A stretch of 64,000 nt of DNA. Origin: Takakia lepidozioides (Eukaryota; Plantae; Bryophyta). Both the position numbers and the translations under genes were made by a program. This document shows, one piece after another, positions 23,811 through 36,982 of the stretch (the stretch's first letter is position 1; every line of letters begins with the position of its first letter). The notes below the pieces were generated by a model. That model was given only the letters and a program-made list of their open reading frames with translations, was not told where the DNA came from and did not search any database. The stretch spans positions 51,956,001 through 52,020,000 of the forward strand of contig CM060731.1 in NCBI GenBank assembly GCA_030704615.1, given 5' to 3'.

Positions 23811-26800
23811 ATGGATCGATCTCACTGGCTGCGGTTTATTGGGCGCCCCGAATGCCATCAATACGGCCGTTTTCTTCAAATATGGATGTTTTGTGATTTG
23901 GATGAAATATTGTGCACATGAGGCATGCCATCGCCCTATCATACACGGATTTTGCCTTCTTCAAAACGAAAACATACATAACATCAGGAATGCCATGCCC
24001 GTGTTCATCCAGCGTCGGATATTTCCCGGGTTCGGCACTCAATGTACTGTCCGGGTTCACGTTGTGGAACGCCGCAAAACGCAAATTGGATTGCCATATC
24101 CAAGACGGCGCCGTCTTTTCCCGGTGGTGTGACACTGACAAAATAAACAGTTTTGTTCCCTTCTCCATCAATTTGGCAACTGCAAAACTGTTTTGGCGGT
24201 GTGGTTCAATACCCTTGACCGTTATTGGTTAATGTGTGGGGCCAGTTGTACAACTGCCTCTTGTCATAGCAAACACCTTTGGGATTTGGCAATCGCCTCC
24301 GGAAGGTTTTTACCTGTCCATGTCGCACAGTTGTATTGGTACTCACCATCGTATGTTCACCACATGGCTTCTCCTAATGACGTGGCCTTCGCCGAGTTTC
24401 AGTATACTGAAGAACCTTGCCCTTTCAGTGCCGCGGTTGAAGATGATGGTTTTGCTGTGGTGGAGGAGCATGTTCTGGCAGCAAGGTTCAAGCTTGACAT
24501 TGGTTGTGTTGCTGTCGAGAAAGAGATATATGACTTGGAGGGAAACGTTCAAAGAACGTTGTTCCAGAAGCCGCACGTTGCACAAAAACACAAGGAATGG
24601 AGAGTTCTTCCTGGAAAATATCGTGTGTTCCGAAGTGAAAGGAGACAATCCGGTGGCTCCATTGTGACTCCTGGGATAGCTGCCTTTGTCGTTCAAGGAA
24701 AGCGGCATGTGACTGTGAAGCAGGAGGACACCACTTCAACAACATTTGTGACACTGTCGGATTCCTCGGATGATGAATTGGCGGAAATACTGGCTCCCAT
24801 GAACAGTCTTCCTGAAGGGGACGTCGATGTTCAGGAAATCGTTAGTGTCATCCCACATTTGAAAGCATTGTCAGGAAAACCAGGATCCAAAAACGAGATC
24901 GCAGGGATACTGTGGGATTCATTCGCAACAAAAAGGGTTCCTTTCCTTCCACCTTCCTTCGACGGTGACATCCTCTTTGAACTGAATCCACCAACTTGTG
25001 TTGGGGGCCTCTCAGGTCTCTTGCAAGGAATGGATAAAAAGCATGATGGCCATCCATGGTGCAGAACCAAAACGTCCAATATCCACAACGATGTAAACTT
25101 GACATTTAGAAGGAGCGTTTGTGCATGCATCTAAGATGTGTGAATGCAAGTTGCCTGCGTTTCATGAAGAGCGGTGCTAAAAATGAGAGTGAGTGGGAGG
25201 GACTCTCCGACAATCATTTTATCCCAGGCTGTGCCCCACCGTCTGCCAGTACATTTGTTTGTAAGTTCTGCAAGGTGGCCCCCTCCTGCATTGCACATTG
25301 CCCTGCTCGCATGTACTACGTTACTCACCGTTGCAAAACCATGACTCGAGCCTACATTCAATTTGGGACTCACAACCATCCTGTGTCTCACGGCGATTGC
25401 AGAGATAGTGTTGTGTTGGTGCGTGGGCTTGTCGTGGAGGAGTTTGCAAAGTCCCCTTCAGCCAAACCATCTACCATAGCGCTGACTGCCAGCAAAAGTT
25501 TCCTAGAGAGGCACATTCTGGGGCAAGGAAGCGAATCCAGCTCAAGACTTGAGGGGGCGTCTTTGGATGCAGTGATGGATCACTTCTCCGTGTTGAGCTC
25601 CCCCAACATTAGGAATCAGGTGAATGCATTGAGAGTGCGCGGTGGAAACACAGGGTCCATCGACAACATTATGGAGCTCAAGCGAATAAGTCAATATGAT
25701 TTTATCCAATCTAGCGTCTTCCCGGGTCAGGGGTCTTCAAAGGTTTACTTGTTCAAGATGTCTACGGTGGGCGAGGGCAGTGGCGTCAGCCTGGCCAGAC
25801 ATATGCAACCAGGGGGGGGGAATCTGGAGAAAGCCTGGATGATGTTCGATCATTGCAAACGAGTGAAGGGCTGGACAACCATGTCTTGCCATGTTTACGA
25901 CCCGAACTACCAAAGAATAATGACAATTGCCATCTGTGACATGCAGTCTGAAGATACAGAGTCCCAGATGATAATGTGGAATTGTTTGCTTTCAGTCATG
26001 GAGTCCAATGGACATACAGGCATAAATTTCTAATAGGGAGCGCACATGTCTATTCCACTAAACTCAGTCCCTGCAGAAACATACGAAGAGGTGCATCAGA
26101 AGAGATCTGCAAGCGGAGCACATGAGGCTCTGCTTCATGTACAAGAATGCGACTACAATGGAAGAGGCTGAGACCATGTACCAGATAGTGAGACCATGGT
26201 GGTTCTTGTCAGGGGTTACTGATCAGGACGGTGTCAAAGAATTGGAAGACTGGTTGGTCTTCTGGCACTTCAGATATAGGCAATGGGGGGCTTTCATGAC
26301 TACTGTAAGCTGCCTTTCACCTCTGCAATCCCTTGTATGTGCCCAATTTCTTTCCTTGTTCCCAGAACAGTCCGCGCTTGCATGAACGACGCTCTTTCAT
26401 TTTCCTTTCACAGGACATGTCCCTTGAGGACATTGCAGACATGCCGTCCTGCAACCTGGCAGAAAGCGGTCACGCCGCCTGGAAGCAGCAATCTGGCAAA
26501 GCAGGAAGAGATTTGTACATTGTTACAACAGATGATCTGGTACGAGCTCTAACCCAACAAACAAGATATCGTGACTTCCTCAGGGGGCGATGTGGGGGCA
26601 AGGGACCAGATACAGCAGAGTTGATGCTGAGGGCTGCAAGAAGGTCCGGGGATCCAACGAAGATGGCAAAGGAAGTGAACAGGTGCACAATGGGCTCGCC
26701 TCTCCAATCAAGGGAGCCCCATCTGGAAGGAGAGGAAAGGTTTGGAACTTGCAAACGCAAGCTAAATACACCTCCAGGATCAGATGGGGATTCACATCGC

Positions 26801-27721
26801 CATGACAGAGACAACTTCTCTGTATCCAAGATTTCTCCACTACAAAGCATGGCGTCCAGTAGGAAAGAGGCTGCTGGTGCATCCTCTTCCACAGAAACCT
26901 GTCCTCTACCTGCAACCCCTGTAATTGCGGGTTTCCAGCAGGACCACAGGGGGGCAGTGCAGGAGTCATCTTGTGCTGACTCCGAATGGCACATCGAATG
27001 AACTACTCCAGGGTCTAGAGTTGGCTGCGCTGCAGTGAGGGCCATTAGTTATGAAAAGTGTAAGTCCAAGATAGCCAAAGGCTCAGCGGGTACTCCAGCT
27101 CCGACGTTCACAGGTTTGATTCGGCCATATATGTCAAAGGAGTCGAAGACGCACAAATTCTGGTTCTGCCCGGACGATATGGCTCGCTGTGTGAATGGTA
27201 CCGTCCGCGACTCCTGCATTGCTAAGCCTCCCCCACCCACCATTTGGCCAGTGCGGCTAGGAACCTCCCTAACAGCACTGGAGATTGGCAAGTTGGAGGA
27301 CGCCGGCTTTCGTCTGCACCGATCTGTGGCGTCGACTCTTGGTGGCCTTGCTGCTATGGTGCCTCCTCTAGACGATACTTTGCATCCCATGAGAATGAAT
27401 GGAAAAACAGTTCATCGGGTGGCTTCGGGGCCTGATCACGATGCGAAGGTGGAATCGGCCAGACTACTTCAGGCTCGGGTAACAGGAACAATGGAAGTAC
27501 CTTCACTTGGGTATGGACGGGTTTATACTTTGGTTACATCTGGGTCTGTTTTGCACGACAGGGCCTATCAGGTGACGATGGGGAATTTTCCGGGGTGTAC
27601 CTGTCCCGACTTCGTGTGCATGCGTGAGGAAGCTCTAGGAAAGAGAGGGAAATGGGTTCCCTGCAAGCATCTTTACTACATCTTTTTGCGCAGGATGTAT
27701 TGTGATCCCAAAAGAGGATGA
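23811..27721 (+). pseudogene. Mutator-like transposase copy 2 (GCM-like finger, DDE core, SWIM); start approximate
   Basis: DGHPWC...CKFCKVAPSC...HNHP; WMMFDHCKRVKGW; deletion near 26030 removes GFMAD...; intron 26305-26413; SWIM CTCPDF...CKH; frameshifts and stops; 3' end truncated relative to copy 1. Confidence 0.85.
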
Positions 27722-28639
27722 AATATTCCCGCTACACCTTTCTTGAACTAATTCAAAACTTCATCGCGCATCGGTGCTAAGCATCAAAATCTTTCAAGTG
27801 AACCTTCAAGTAAATCTGCCTTAAGGAAAATATGTAAATATGTTTCATTGGGCCCGGTTAATTCTAGAGTGGTCCATGAATTAGCATGGTCCAGGAGTTA
27901 TAAGAGGGGGTCAATAAGATAATAAAATGATAACCGATAACTTGTGCTAAGGTACTACCATTTTAACACTTTGTTAAGGCTTTAACCGTACCCTTTTTGG
28001 TCCACCATTCATGCTACTAACTGATTACATAAAATCCGAAACCGTTCTTATAAAAGATGTTATTGACTCGGATCAATGCAAGGTAACAGAGTGACAAATG
28101 AATGTGTTTATCCTTCATTCCCCAATTCATTGTCTCACTGTACAACATGCATAAAGAATGTCAAGTAATCCTACTGTACAATATGCCTTTGCACTCCACC
28201 AGCCACACACCTTAAGACTATTTACTGACACCCACTAGCTAAGCTGAATCCTGATTCCCAATGATTAAATGAGACAGTGATGGAGATTCAGTACTATACA
28301 CCTGGAAGGGTCAATTAAACCCTGTGTGCAAGGCAGCAAGGGCAAGTGACCCTCCCATCACAATTGAGGAACACTTAATTTGTGTTGCCTTCAACAATTC
28401 GGCAAATAGAAAAAGAATGACAGAGAGATGCATGTATATAATAGAACTTCCCCAGCCCATGCCAGCACTGCAGTCTCTATTTGAGACTATGCAGGGCACC
28501 TTCAATGTGTTCAGTTCGTTCAAGTTTTCTTGACCATCCTGCTATCGGCAGCAACTCTCTTCCCTTTGTCACCCTGCAAGCCAGCCCATCTGTATACATG
28601 GCTCATAGTTGATCCATTCAGGAGGTTACACTACCTTCC

Positions 28640-31600
28640 AGCTGGATAGGGTAACTTTGAACATACGCCCGCCTTGATTTGAACCCAGACCACCGTACTG
28701 TTGCCCTAGTGTCATAACCTCTGGCCCGCTCGTGGAAAACTCACAGACCACCAACCAATGTTTGAAGGGAGCCAAGAAGGGCCTTCAGCAATGCTGCCAC
28801 ACTTACCGACCTCCGCGAGCACTGGATCGACCTGCTTTGGCCATGACTTGACAGAAAAGTGCTGTTGACATGATACTGCAGCACAGAAAATTGAGCACTT
28901 TTCAAGTATTGTCTGGTGATACCTGACTACCCACACCACTCAGCTTCATTCTGAAGACCCTAAATTGTGCAAACATGCCAAGGGACATGTTACAGGGAGG
29001 AAGGCCCTACACATGAAGCTGCCTGCTACCTACACTTTTAAGTCTCGCATTCCTGAACTCTTCAACCATCGACATACTGAGCATAAAGTTACAACAAGTA
29101 AGAAAAGTTGTAATTGAAATAGTCAGTGGTTAGATATAGTTAGTATACCTGACACCTGCAAATGAGACTAAGTTCCACAAAATGCCTGTAGGCCGAGCAG
29201 CCCCACTATAAGTATGATATTGCACCTCCAAGTACCGATGGTGTGCTGCAGACATGGACCATGGAACAAGGTCAGCTGAGTACTTTCATGGGGTTGAGGG
29301 AACCTTCAAATGCAATATCTTGTATTAAGTTTCCCTCAAATGGGGCCTGAAAGACCTCATTCATTACATTCTACTCGAGTGAAACAATTGCAAGCTCACC
29401 AGGATTGATTGATGGGTCCATGGGAAGTACGCCAGGGGTGTCGCATGATCCACAATGCCAACCCTCCATGCTGCCTCCCCATCCAGAGTGGTCCAAAGCA
29501 TGTGAATGGGGCAGGAGCAGTGCTCTGCGAACCCTGTGAATGGGGGGGACCCCATTGTTGTGGACGTTATGGAGCTGGGCTGGTGTCGGTGGCACGAGCG
29601 GACTCGGCCACCACTTACATGACTGTTTTGAATGTTGCCTTGATCTGTACACACCATGCGCACAGTTGAAACATCCCTTTGTCAGAGACTATATATGGGA
29701 TCCCACATTGGATCAACTGAGCAGCTTGCTCCTTGCCTCCCAAATATAAGAATTTATCTCCCCCTCCTATCCATTTCTTACCATATTTATCCCTGCAGTT
29801 GGGGCATGTCTATTCATCACATACCTTCTCCACAGTTGCTTGTATCATACATAGTAAGCTGATATGTCAGCACCATGAGCATACCACTGGGCTTTCTAGG
29901 AAAAATGTAAGAAATTCAACAGCAACTGTTTCAAGTAAGAAAGATGCTTGCCGCCACACTGTCCGGATCCTGGACACCAATTCTTCAGGCAGATTCAATG
30001 CATTGGCTGCAAATGAGTCACGAGCAGAACCATTGTCGAACTCACTGCCAGCTTCTGATAGTAAATTCAGCACGGCCACCAGATCGGCATCTTCTGAATC
30101 TGTTGCCAATGGCCTGTCTTCGGCAGCAACAGGATCAACATCGCCATATGGCCAACCAGGCTGGGAATCCTTGAGCTCGGCACATTCTGCATGGCCTGTA
30201 CGAACACTTTCATCTGGAATAAAGTAACTGTTATTTGAAAAACGGAAGGACTACCTCAGAAAACAGGCTAGGAAAGGAATGGGAGAGACAGTGCAAGCAT
30301 GACAGATTGTACTCATAAGACGTTGTTTGCCGTAGCCTTGTGGCCATCTGTGCAAGCATGACAGAGAGAACGAAAAAGAGACTTCAAGACATCCACGGGA
30401 AGCCCAAAGAGCTTATGGGCCAAGATGTGGGTAATAAAAAAGTGAACTCAAGGGATGGATGGGGGAAGCAGGTGCCGTACCTACAGAGGCAGCCCAACAA
30501 ATACGAGCGATACAAAGCTCCTGCAATGTTGCTGTTCCCTTTTCAGGAACAGCAGCTCTATGCAGCACTCCTTCCACCGCCACTCCAGCAGCCCTGTTAA
30601 CATAGCAGTCACATGGCATTCTCAATAGCAGCAAAGTTCGCTATTAGAGTTCTTTATGCTGTTTCCAAAGATGTTGCCAAGAAAAAATTGGAGTCAGTGG
30701 GAACCAATACTCGGAAAAGAAGTCAATGCAACCACAGTCCACAAACCCCAACCTCTTCACATCATCCAAGTTGGCTATGGAATCCTGACCAACTTCTGGC
30801 CCAACAGTTGGAGCAAATTGGGCTCCTGCAGCTGACAAAAGGGGCCCCAAACTTGCCGGACAATGAAGGTTCAGCGCTGCTGGAAAGCATGAAAATTCAG
30901 AGGGGGATGCAGCAGCTGCAGCTGCATCCACATCAATGAACTGGAAAATCTCCCACCGTGTTGCATGTATGCGGCTGGCACTCAGATTTCCACTGGGCTC
31001 TGCACTCAAGTACCTCCTGCAAGAAGGTGCCAGACCTGCAATGGTCAATGGCCTCATTCCACATAGCAAGAAAAATGAACACTTACTTTCAGGCAGAAGA
31101 AGCTGCCGGCTTATTACTTCTTTCCTAACTGATTTACGATAAAGAATCCAAGAACACAAATACTTACTGCTTCCCATTTGTCCTTCGCACAGTCTTGATA
31201 GTGAAACCTACAATGCTGGCACTTGTGCTGATGCCATCATCCACCGTGTTTAGGCACGCTCTTGTAACAGGCTTGATCTCAAACAAGGATGCTGTCGCTG
31301 GAAAGTGCACGGCAGGTTCACTTGACTGCACCCAGCATTTGTACAACAATTTCGGACTTCAGAAGCACACCTATCAGCACTACCATAACATGTGTGTATG
31401 AGCTAGCTAGGGAGGGAGCAGGTGGGGAGGAATGATCCACAACTGCTATGACTCCTGTATTAAGCATACATATTTCTTTCTTGATTCAACCTACATCAAA
31501 CCATACATAGAGGCATCGTTTAGATGATGGACCTTCAGCACCTGACCAGCTGAATCCACAAACATGTACACTTCAGCCCCACCCCTAGGAGTGGGGATTT

Positions 31601-34438
31601 CAACCAGTGTGTAAAGTGAGTCTCCATGAGAACGTACTCCCCACACCCCTGAGCCTTCCATTTCCTCCCCACTCGGCAAAACACACAAGCAAGGTTGCCT
31701 TTGTGTCCGAATCTCATTGACTCTAACATCCCTTCCACTAGCGTGTGTCCATCCATTAGCGTGATTTGAGGGGGTGTAAGGCTGCTGGCATGCAAAGGGA
31801 GTACTTGTCAAGAAGCCCCCATGGCTGCTTTGTATGAGAACACGGGAACCGTTTGCCAGCTCCAACCCGAAGAGCTCCCATTTTCGTCGATGTGGACGGT
31901 TGCAAACTAGGCGTCCTGAGGGCTCTGCACTAAGGTACTGGACGGGCTGCTCAAAACCATCAGTGGTTTTGGATTGGCGAATGCTGACTCTTGGGCCATT
32001 TTTATGAGGATGGAGTTCAAGCACAAATGCCTCCAATCCCCGTAGTTGATTTACATTGGTTGTGCATAGAACTCCATCTGGTTCTGCAGTGAGCTGTAGA
32101 ATGGCAGGCAGATGAATCACCATCAGTTGAAAGGGAAATAAGAAGATTGACTAATGGTTTTAAGACCACCTGTAATTGAGTATCAATGCAAAATATATAT
32201 ACCACAGCAGCAGATAAAGTTATGATACTTTAACATCAAAGTAATTCTTTTTGCAGCACTATATACACACCACTCCTTTGCCATCTGCCGTACGTATGGT
32301 GCACACTGAAGCATTCCAGGCATCGTCATCTCGTGGAGGCTGGCATTTTAAGCCGTTTCTCTCACCCATAACCTGCATTGTATTTAGGTCCACATCTGTG
32401 TGATAACCATCTTCCAGTGCCCAAGTTGTCTTGACTTGAGTGCTTGAGGTTGATTGTTTCCTGCCAGGTGGTGGCAGTCGCGGAAATGGGAGATCAAGCA
32501 GGAACTCCTCACAACAACAAGGGACCTGCAAATTGGCAGTTCGAAGAGTAAAAAACAGGTTCATGGAAGAAGTTTCATGAGCATTGAAGTTCCACATGGT
32601 TCCTGTCAATGTATGTCCACAGAAAACCACTGGTTTGCACGAAGCCTAACTACTCCTTCTAGCTCCACATCCCCACTACGATTCTATCCTGCTCCCCAGG
32701 CAGAGTGGCAACACCTGCAAGTAATCACAGCTTCATAGGCACAAAGTTTGATGGATATACTGAGAAGCATGTTGAACAAGGAAGCAGCTTGGATGGATCT
32801 TATGTTTCAACGAAAAGCCCATAGCCATTGAGACTTATCTAACACTGTCTCCATTCCTTCCTTTCACCTTTTCCTTTCCTGTTAACTGCTACTTAGTAAT
32901 CAAAAGATCGGCAACCTTTGAGCCCATATATAACACCAGAAAAGAAATGAGGAAAAATTGGTAAACAGGTCCTGGTTGAGTGAGAAATCTTTGTATTCTG
33001 CTTTTCCAAACGCCTTGGACCCAAAAAATACTACAAACAAAAAAGATAGATGGAAACAACAATAATTCACTTGAGATGACTCAAGGACAAGAGGAAGGTA
33101 ACATAGGTTGTCGTTCCAAATCCTACAACAATCGTACCTCAGCACGGGCACAAATTGCAGGCATGGAGGCACATACATAGTTGCCAGTATGTGCTTGCAG
33201 TGTCACCCGAACTGGGGCTCGGTCAGCCCTGCACTGACACACTAAATCATCACCGTTCTCCCCGACATCTTGAAAGCCTTGAAATCCAGTAACGCATGGT
33301 ACATTGTAGTCCTATGGCTGTACGAATCAGACCCCTCACATTTCATGGACAACATTTGCAACAGAAACTCCAAAAACATGGGTCCAACCAGCCAACTTGC
33401 CAACTTGCATCAACAAACCAGAAAGATCCATTGTGAAACTGGATCAGAGATTACTATCGTACCCCACAACCAGAGATGGAGGCTGCTCCAGGGCCTCTTC
33501 ACATAAGGTGAAATGCTCCCATTTTTTTGGATTTCTTGTACCACCCCATAACCGGCCTCTCGAGTCTGAAGTAAGATAACTGTCGTCCTCACCACCTCGT
33601 AAAGTGACTCCTTCAGGCCCCGCCAATCCCACTGACAAAAATTAACAGCACAGAAAATTGCAGGTCTTATTTGGATTAAACTGGAATCCACACAAGAAGG
33701 AATGCTAAGTAAGGGGGACTAACTGAGCCAACCATGTGAAAGCCAACCTGCATTGGCCCCTTAAGATATGCCTGAAAGCAAAAATCCCCACCAGGAGATA
33801 ATCTGAATAAAATGATGGCACTATGCTTTCTAGTAGCTCATCAGAGAGAAGAACCCATTTCAAGAGTTTTGAACCCTTACAACAGCCCACCAATTGTCAA
33901 ACGAAAACGCTTTTTGAGTAGAACGAGCACACAGGTGGAAGGCCTCTTGCAGAAGAAAAACCGTAACACACTGAGTCTTACTTCGATGTTCGTCAAACTC
34001 CAGGCAGAAGAGGAGATCTTCTTCAAAACCCTTCTTCGTCACGCCAACAAGACATCCACGCCGGCATAAATACCACCTATCAAGCCTATCTCCTGCTAAC
34101 GCAACACAGCCGCCCCCACCTCCGACTCGACGACCCACAGCGATGGCACTTCCTGCGTGGCGAGCAGCTTCACTGGCTCCAGGAATTGAGATGCTCTCCA
34201 CTGCTGGACCAACAAATTCATCCCCGCCGCCCTTACCATCCTTACTGCTAGGGTAAATAGGCAAGACTTCGATTTTATAGCGGCCATCGTTGGAAGGCCA
34301 AAGCACAATTGCACAGCTTTCCTCGTCATTTTCCACAAATCTTGCTCTCACTGTGTCTGATGGTGACACTGAGAACCATCGGTGGCACCACGATCTCACC
34401 CTGAAGCAAGAACTGGGAGGCAGGAAAGGGCTCCCCAT
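28640..34438 (-). CDS. Uncharacterised multi-exon protein with fascin-like beta-trefoil repeats (3' boundary uncertain)
   Basis: Repeated YL(S/T)A(E/D)..G.L...R....WE.F motifs at ~33500-33600, 31870-31945 and 30935-31010; ATG at 34438; exon-like segments bounded by GT-AG. Confidence 0.6.
30307..30349 (-). mobile_element. 43-bp LINE 3'-end insertion with 16-bp TSD
   Basis: Matches the LINE end at 43078-43118; GTGCAAGCATGACAGA at 30291-30306 and 30350-30365. Confidence 0.9.
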
Positions 34439-35642
34439 GAATGTTTCCGTCTCAGAGAATCCGTTACAACTCCAGCCGGAACATTTTCCAACTTAAGCTA
34501 GTGTGAAGAAGAATTTCATTATCGAGCTATCGTACAGACCAAATCATGTTTGTAAGGAGCTAACCGGCGCTGGGTACTAGATACCGCTCAAAGGGCTCGG
34601 AAGAAGTGGACTTCCAAGCCCTTCACAGCACAGATGAAATTATCAAAGCTAAGTTAAAACAAAAGGTAAAAGATGTCAGAGCCCCCGAGTGGCCCGGGAG
34701 AATTGAAGGACGAGCTTACCCCCTTACACAAGTGGCACTAACTTGAAAATAATGAAGATCGACATCCGTGTACCGACTCTGTTCAGCTCGAGTGAGCAGC
34801 AATTCCCAAATGACTTGGGTTTTGAATGCTTTGCAGGAAGTGTACCCTGCGATGATTGAAAGAGTAGCGCAAGTCTTCACATGTTTCTCAGAGCATCATA
34901 GCTAGCCACACATGTCTCTCTCTTCTCTCTCCAACTAATACACCATAAAACCATCTACTCCTCAAAGCTGAAGAGTTCAGTACACTTGCCCGCACCCATC
35001 TCTTAGCATCTAGGAAGAGGAGAGTAGGTGTCATAGGTACTTAGCCCACATGATGTCATCACCTTCACTTTATAGGCGAGTGGGTCCGCAGAATAAGTTG
35101 CAGTATCTGTTCGGGTGAACTTTTTGGAAAGGGATTCGAACTTCAGACCCACACAGAGACTATTCTTCCTCGGTTCTCTGTCTCTGGCAGCGACGGATTG
35201 TGAAGCTCGACGTGCAGCTGTGGACGCTACCAGGAGAGTTGCTGCTGGACAGGGTACTGGCATGCTTGGCGTACCCAAAGTGTTGCACTCCGCGCTCGGT
35301 GTGAATTCCTTGCCAACTTCTCCCGGTTCTTTTGGAGCTATATAGCCAAATCGTCTGCGAAAGGAGTCATACTTGATGGTGTGGAAACACGTGCCATGGA
35401 AAGTCTCCAATTGGGTACCTTCAAACCTGCCCAATTTCCGCAGGAGGTAGAGTCCTCGTTTGCTTCAAACGACTTCTCGAAATGCTGGAGCCTACAATTT
35501 GATGAATGGTTAGTTCTATCAAAAATCGTGGTGAACGCATCCTTATTGTGGCAACGGGTGATTCGGGGCGCCAGCGTATGATTCAATCTCGACTGGCGGC
35601 GGAATCGGACTGGAAAGATACCAGCACAAGCGGTGGTTGGAC

Positions 35643-36135
35643 TGTTGGAAATCTGCATACACTTACCATTCTATCAACTGCAGAATAAGTCACTAAGAGA
35701 TAGATCACATCTTATGTGAGGACTTATAGTTGATAGCCATGTGGGTGGAGTAGTGACACTATTTCAAGAATCAGTTCCTTCCCGCCTGGGATCTACAGGT
35801 ATCAGATTGTTTTGTACTGAGTGTGTACTGTAAGAGCAATTGCAGACTATTGTACTCGTCCTGTGTCAACGCCTTTGGTAGCATATTTTGTCACGTAAGA
35901 TTCATATACAAAACTCAATAGGTTATGGGCCCACGTCTTGCACGTCGCTGCTGTGAGAGAAAATAGTTTATTTTAAGGGACAGATGAGATGAGCGGAGCG
36001 ATGTCTTCCAAGGATGCAGTTAGCATAGAAAAGTTTACTGGAGACAACTTCTGGCTGTGGAAGTTCCAGATGCAAGTTCTCCTGAAAGCCAAGAAGCTAT
36101 GGCATTTGGGGAAGATAAAGACTGCACATGTCTAA
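35643..36135 (+). mobile_element. Ty1/Copia 5' fragment: short LTR, half-tRNA-iMet PBS, gag start
   Basis: TGTTGG...CAATA (35643-35920); GGTTATGGGCCCA (35921-35933); MSG...IEKFTGDNFWLWKFQMQVLLKAKKLW from 35989. Confidence 0.8.
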
Positions 36136-36806
36136 TCTGTCCACATGACGAGGAGGATGGATTGCCCAGTACTATGCTGGACGTTGAAAAAAACAGCACT
36201 GAACCCCTTTTCCTCAGATCGAGAAGCTTGAGGGAGAGCCAAAAGTTGAGCTACACCTTGAATTTAAGAACGGCGAGAACGAACTTTGTATATTCAGGCA
36301 ACTCCCCAATCTGCAGCCAGCCGTCTGCGAATGTATTGGCCCAGTCCATCCCTCTCTTCCCCCACTTTTCTTCTGGTCTAATGTGGACATGGGGGCTAGG
36401 CCACGACGCTGCAGAAAGTAGTGAGTAACTATTTCTCTAGTAATTGCCACTCTATGTATCATATAACCAAAGCGTTGTCCACTGTACGCAGTAATTAAGC
36501 GATGCCTTACACGCCCTGGTAGATGAAAACCCCACCTAACCTCACCCAATGATGTCGTTTCATACTCACCGATGGCCAACTCCTTTTGCTGCCAATTCCT
36601 CCTAATTCACTCTTGGATTCGATCCTTACTAGACCTCCAGCTCGAAAGCTATGGGAGAAGAGTAGGACTTTTGGTCACTGCCTGTTGAAGTGCCTCCACT
36701 GCATTGTTGAACGAAGGGATTGACAGCAACCTCCAAGTCGTGTAGCTGCCATTGCTGGTACCCAACCCACACCACAAAATTTCCAGGAGAAACTATCGAA
36801 GCCCAG

Positions 36807-36815
36807 AACCCTAAT
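36807..36815 (+). promoter_or_regulatory. Telo-box-like motif upstream of RPL31
   Basis: AACCCTAAT ~170 bp before the ATG; telo-boxes are typical of plant ribosomal protein promoters. Confidence 0.35.
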
Positions 36816-36982
36816 GCTTCGACCTGTCACTGCCGGTCAGACGGTCCAGATTGAACTGGTTTGCATATCGACGGATGATATTAGCAGATGTAGGGGTCAT
36901 ATGGCGGGCCACAAGGGAGCTGTCTCTTTTCCTGCATCTCAAAACGCAGCGGTCTGCCGAAGCTACAGGGTTTCTAAGCACA

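Noticed and set aside
35003-35658. Overlapping ORFs between the fascin-like gene and the Copia relic
   Set aside because: No domain signature or splice support
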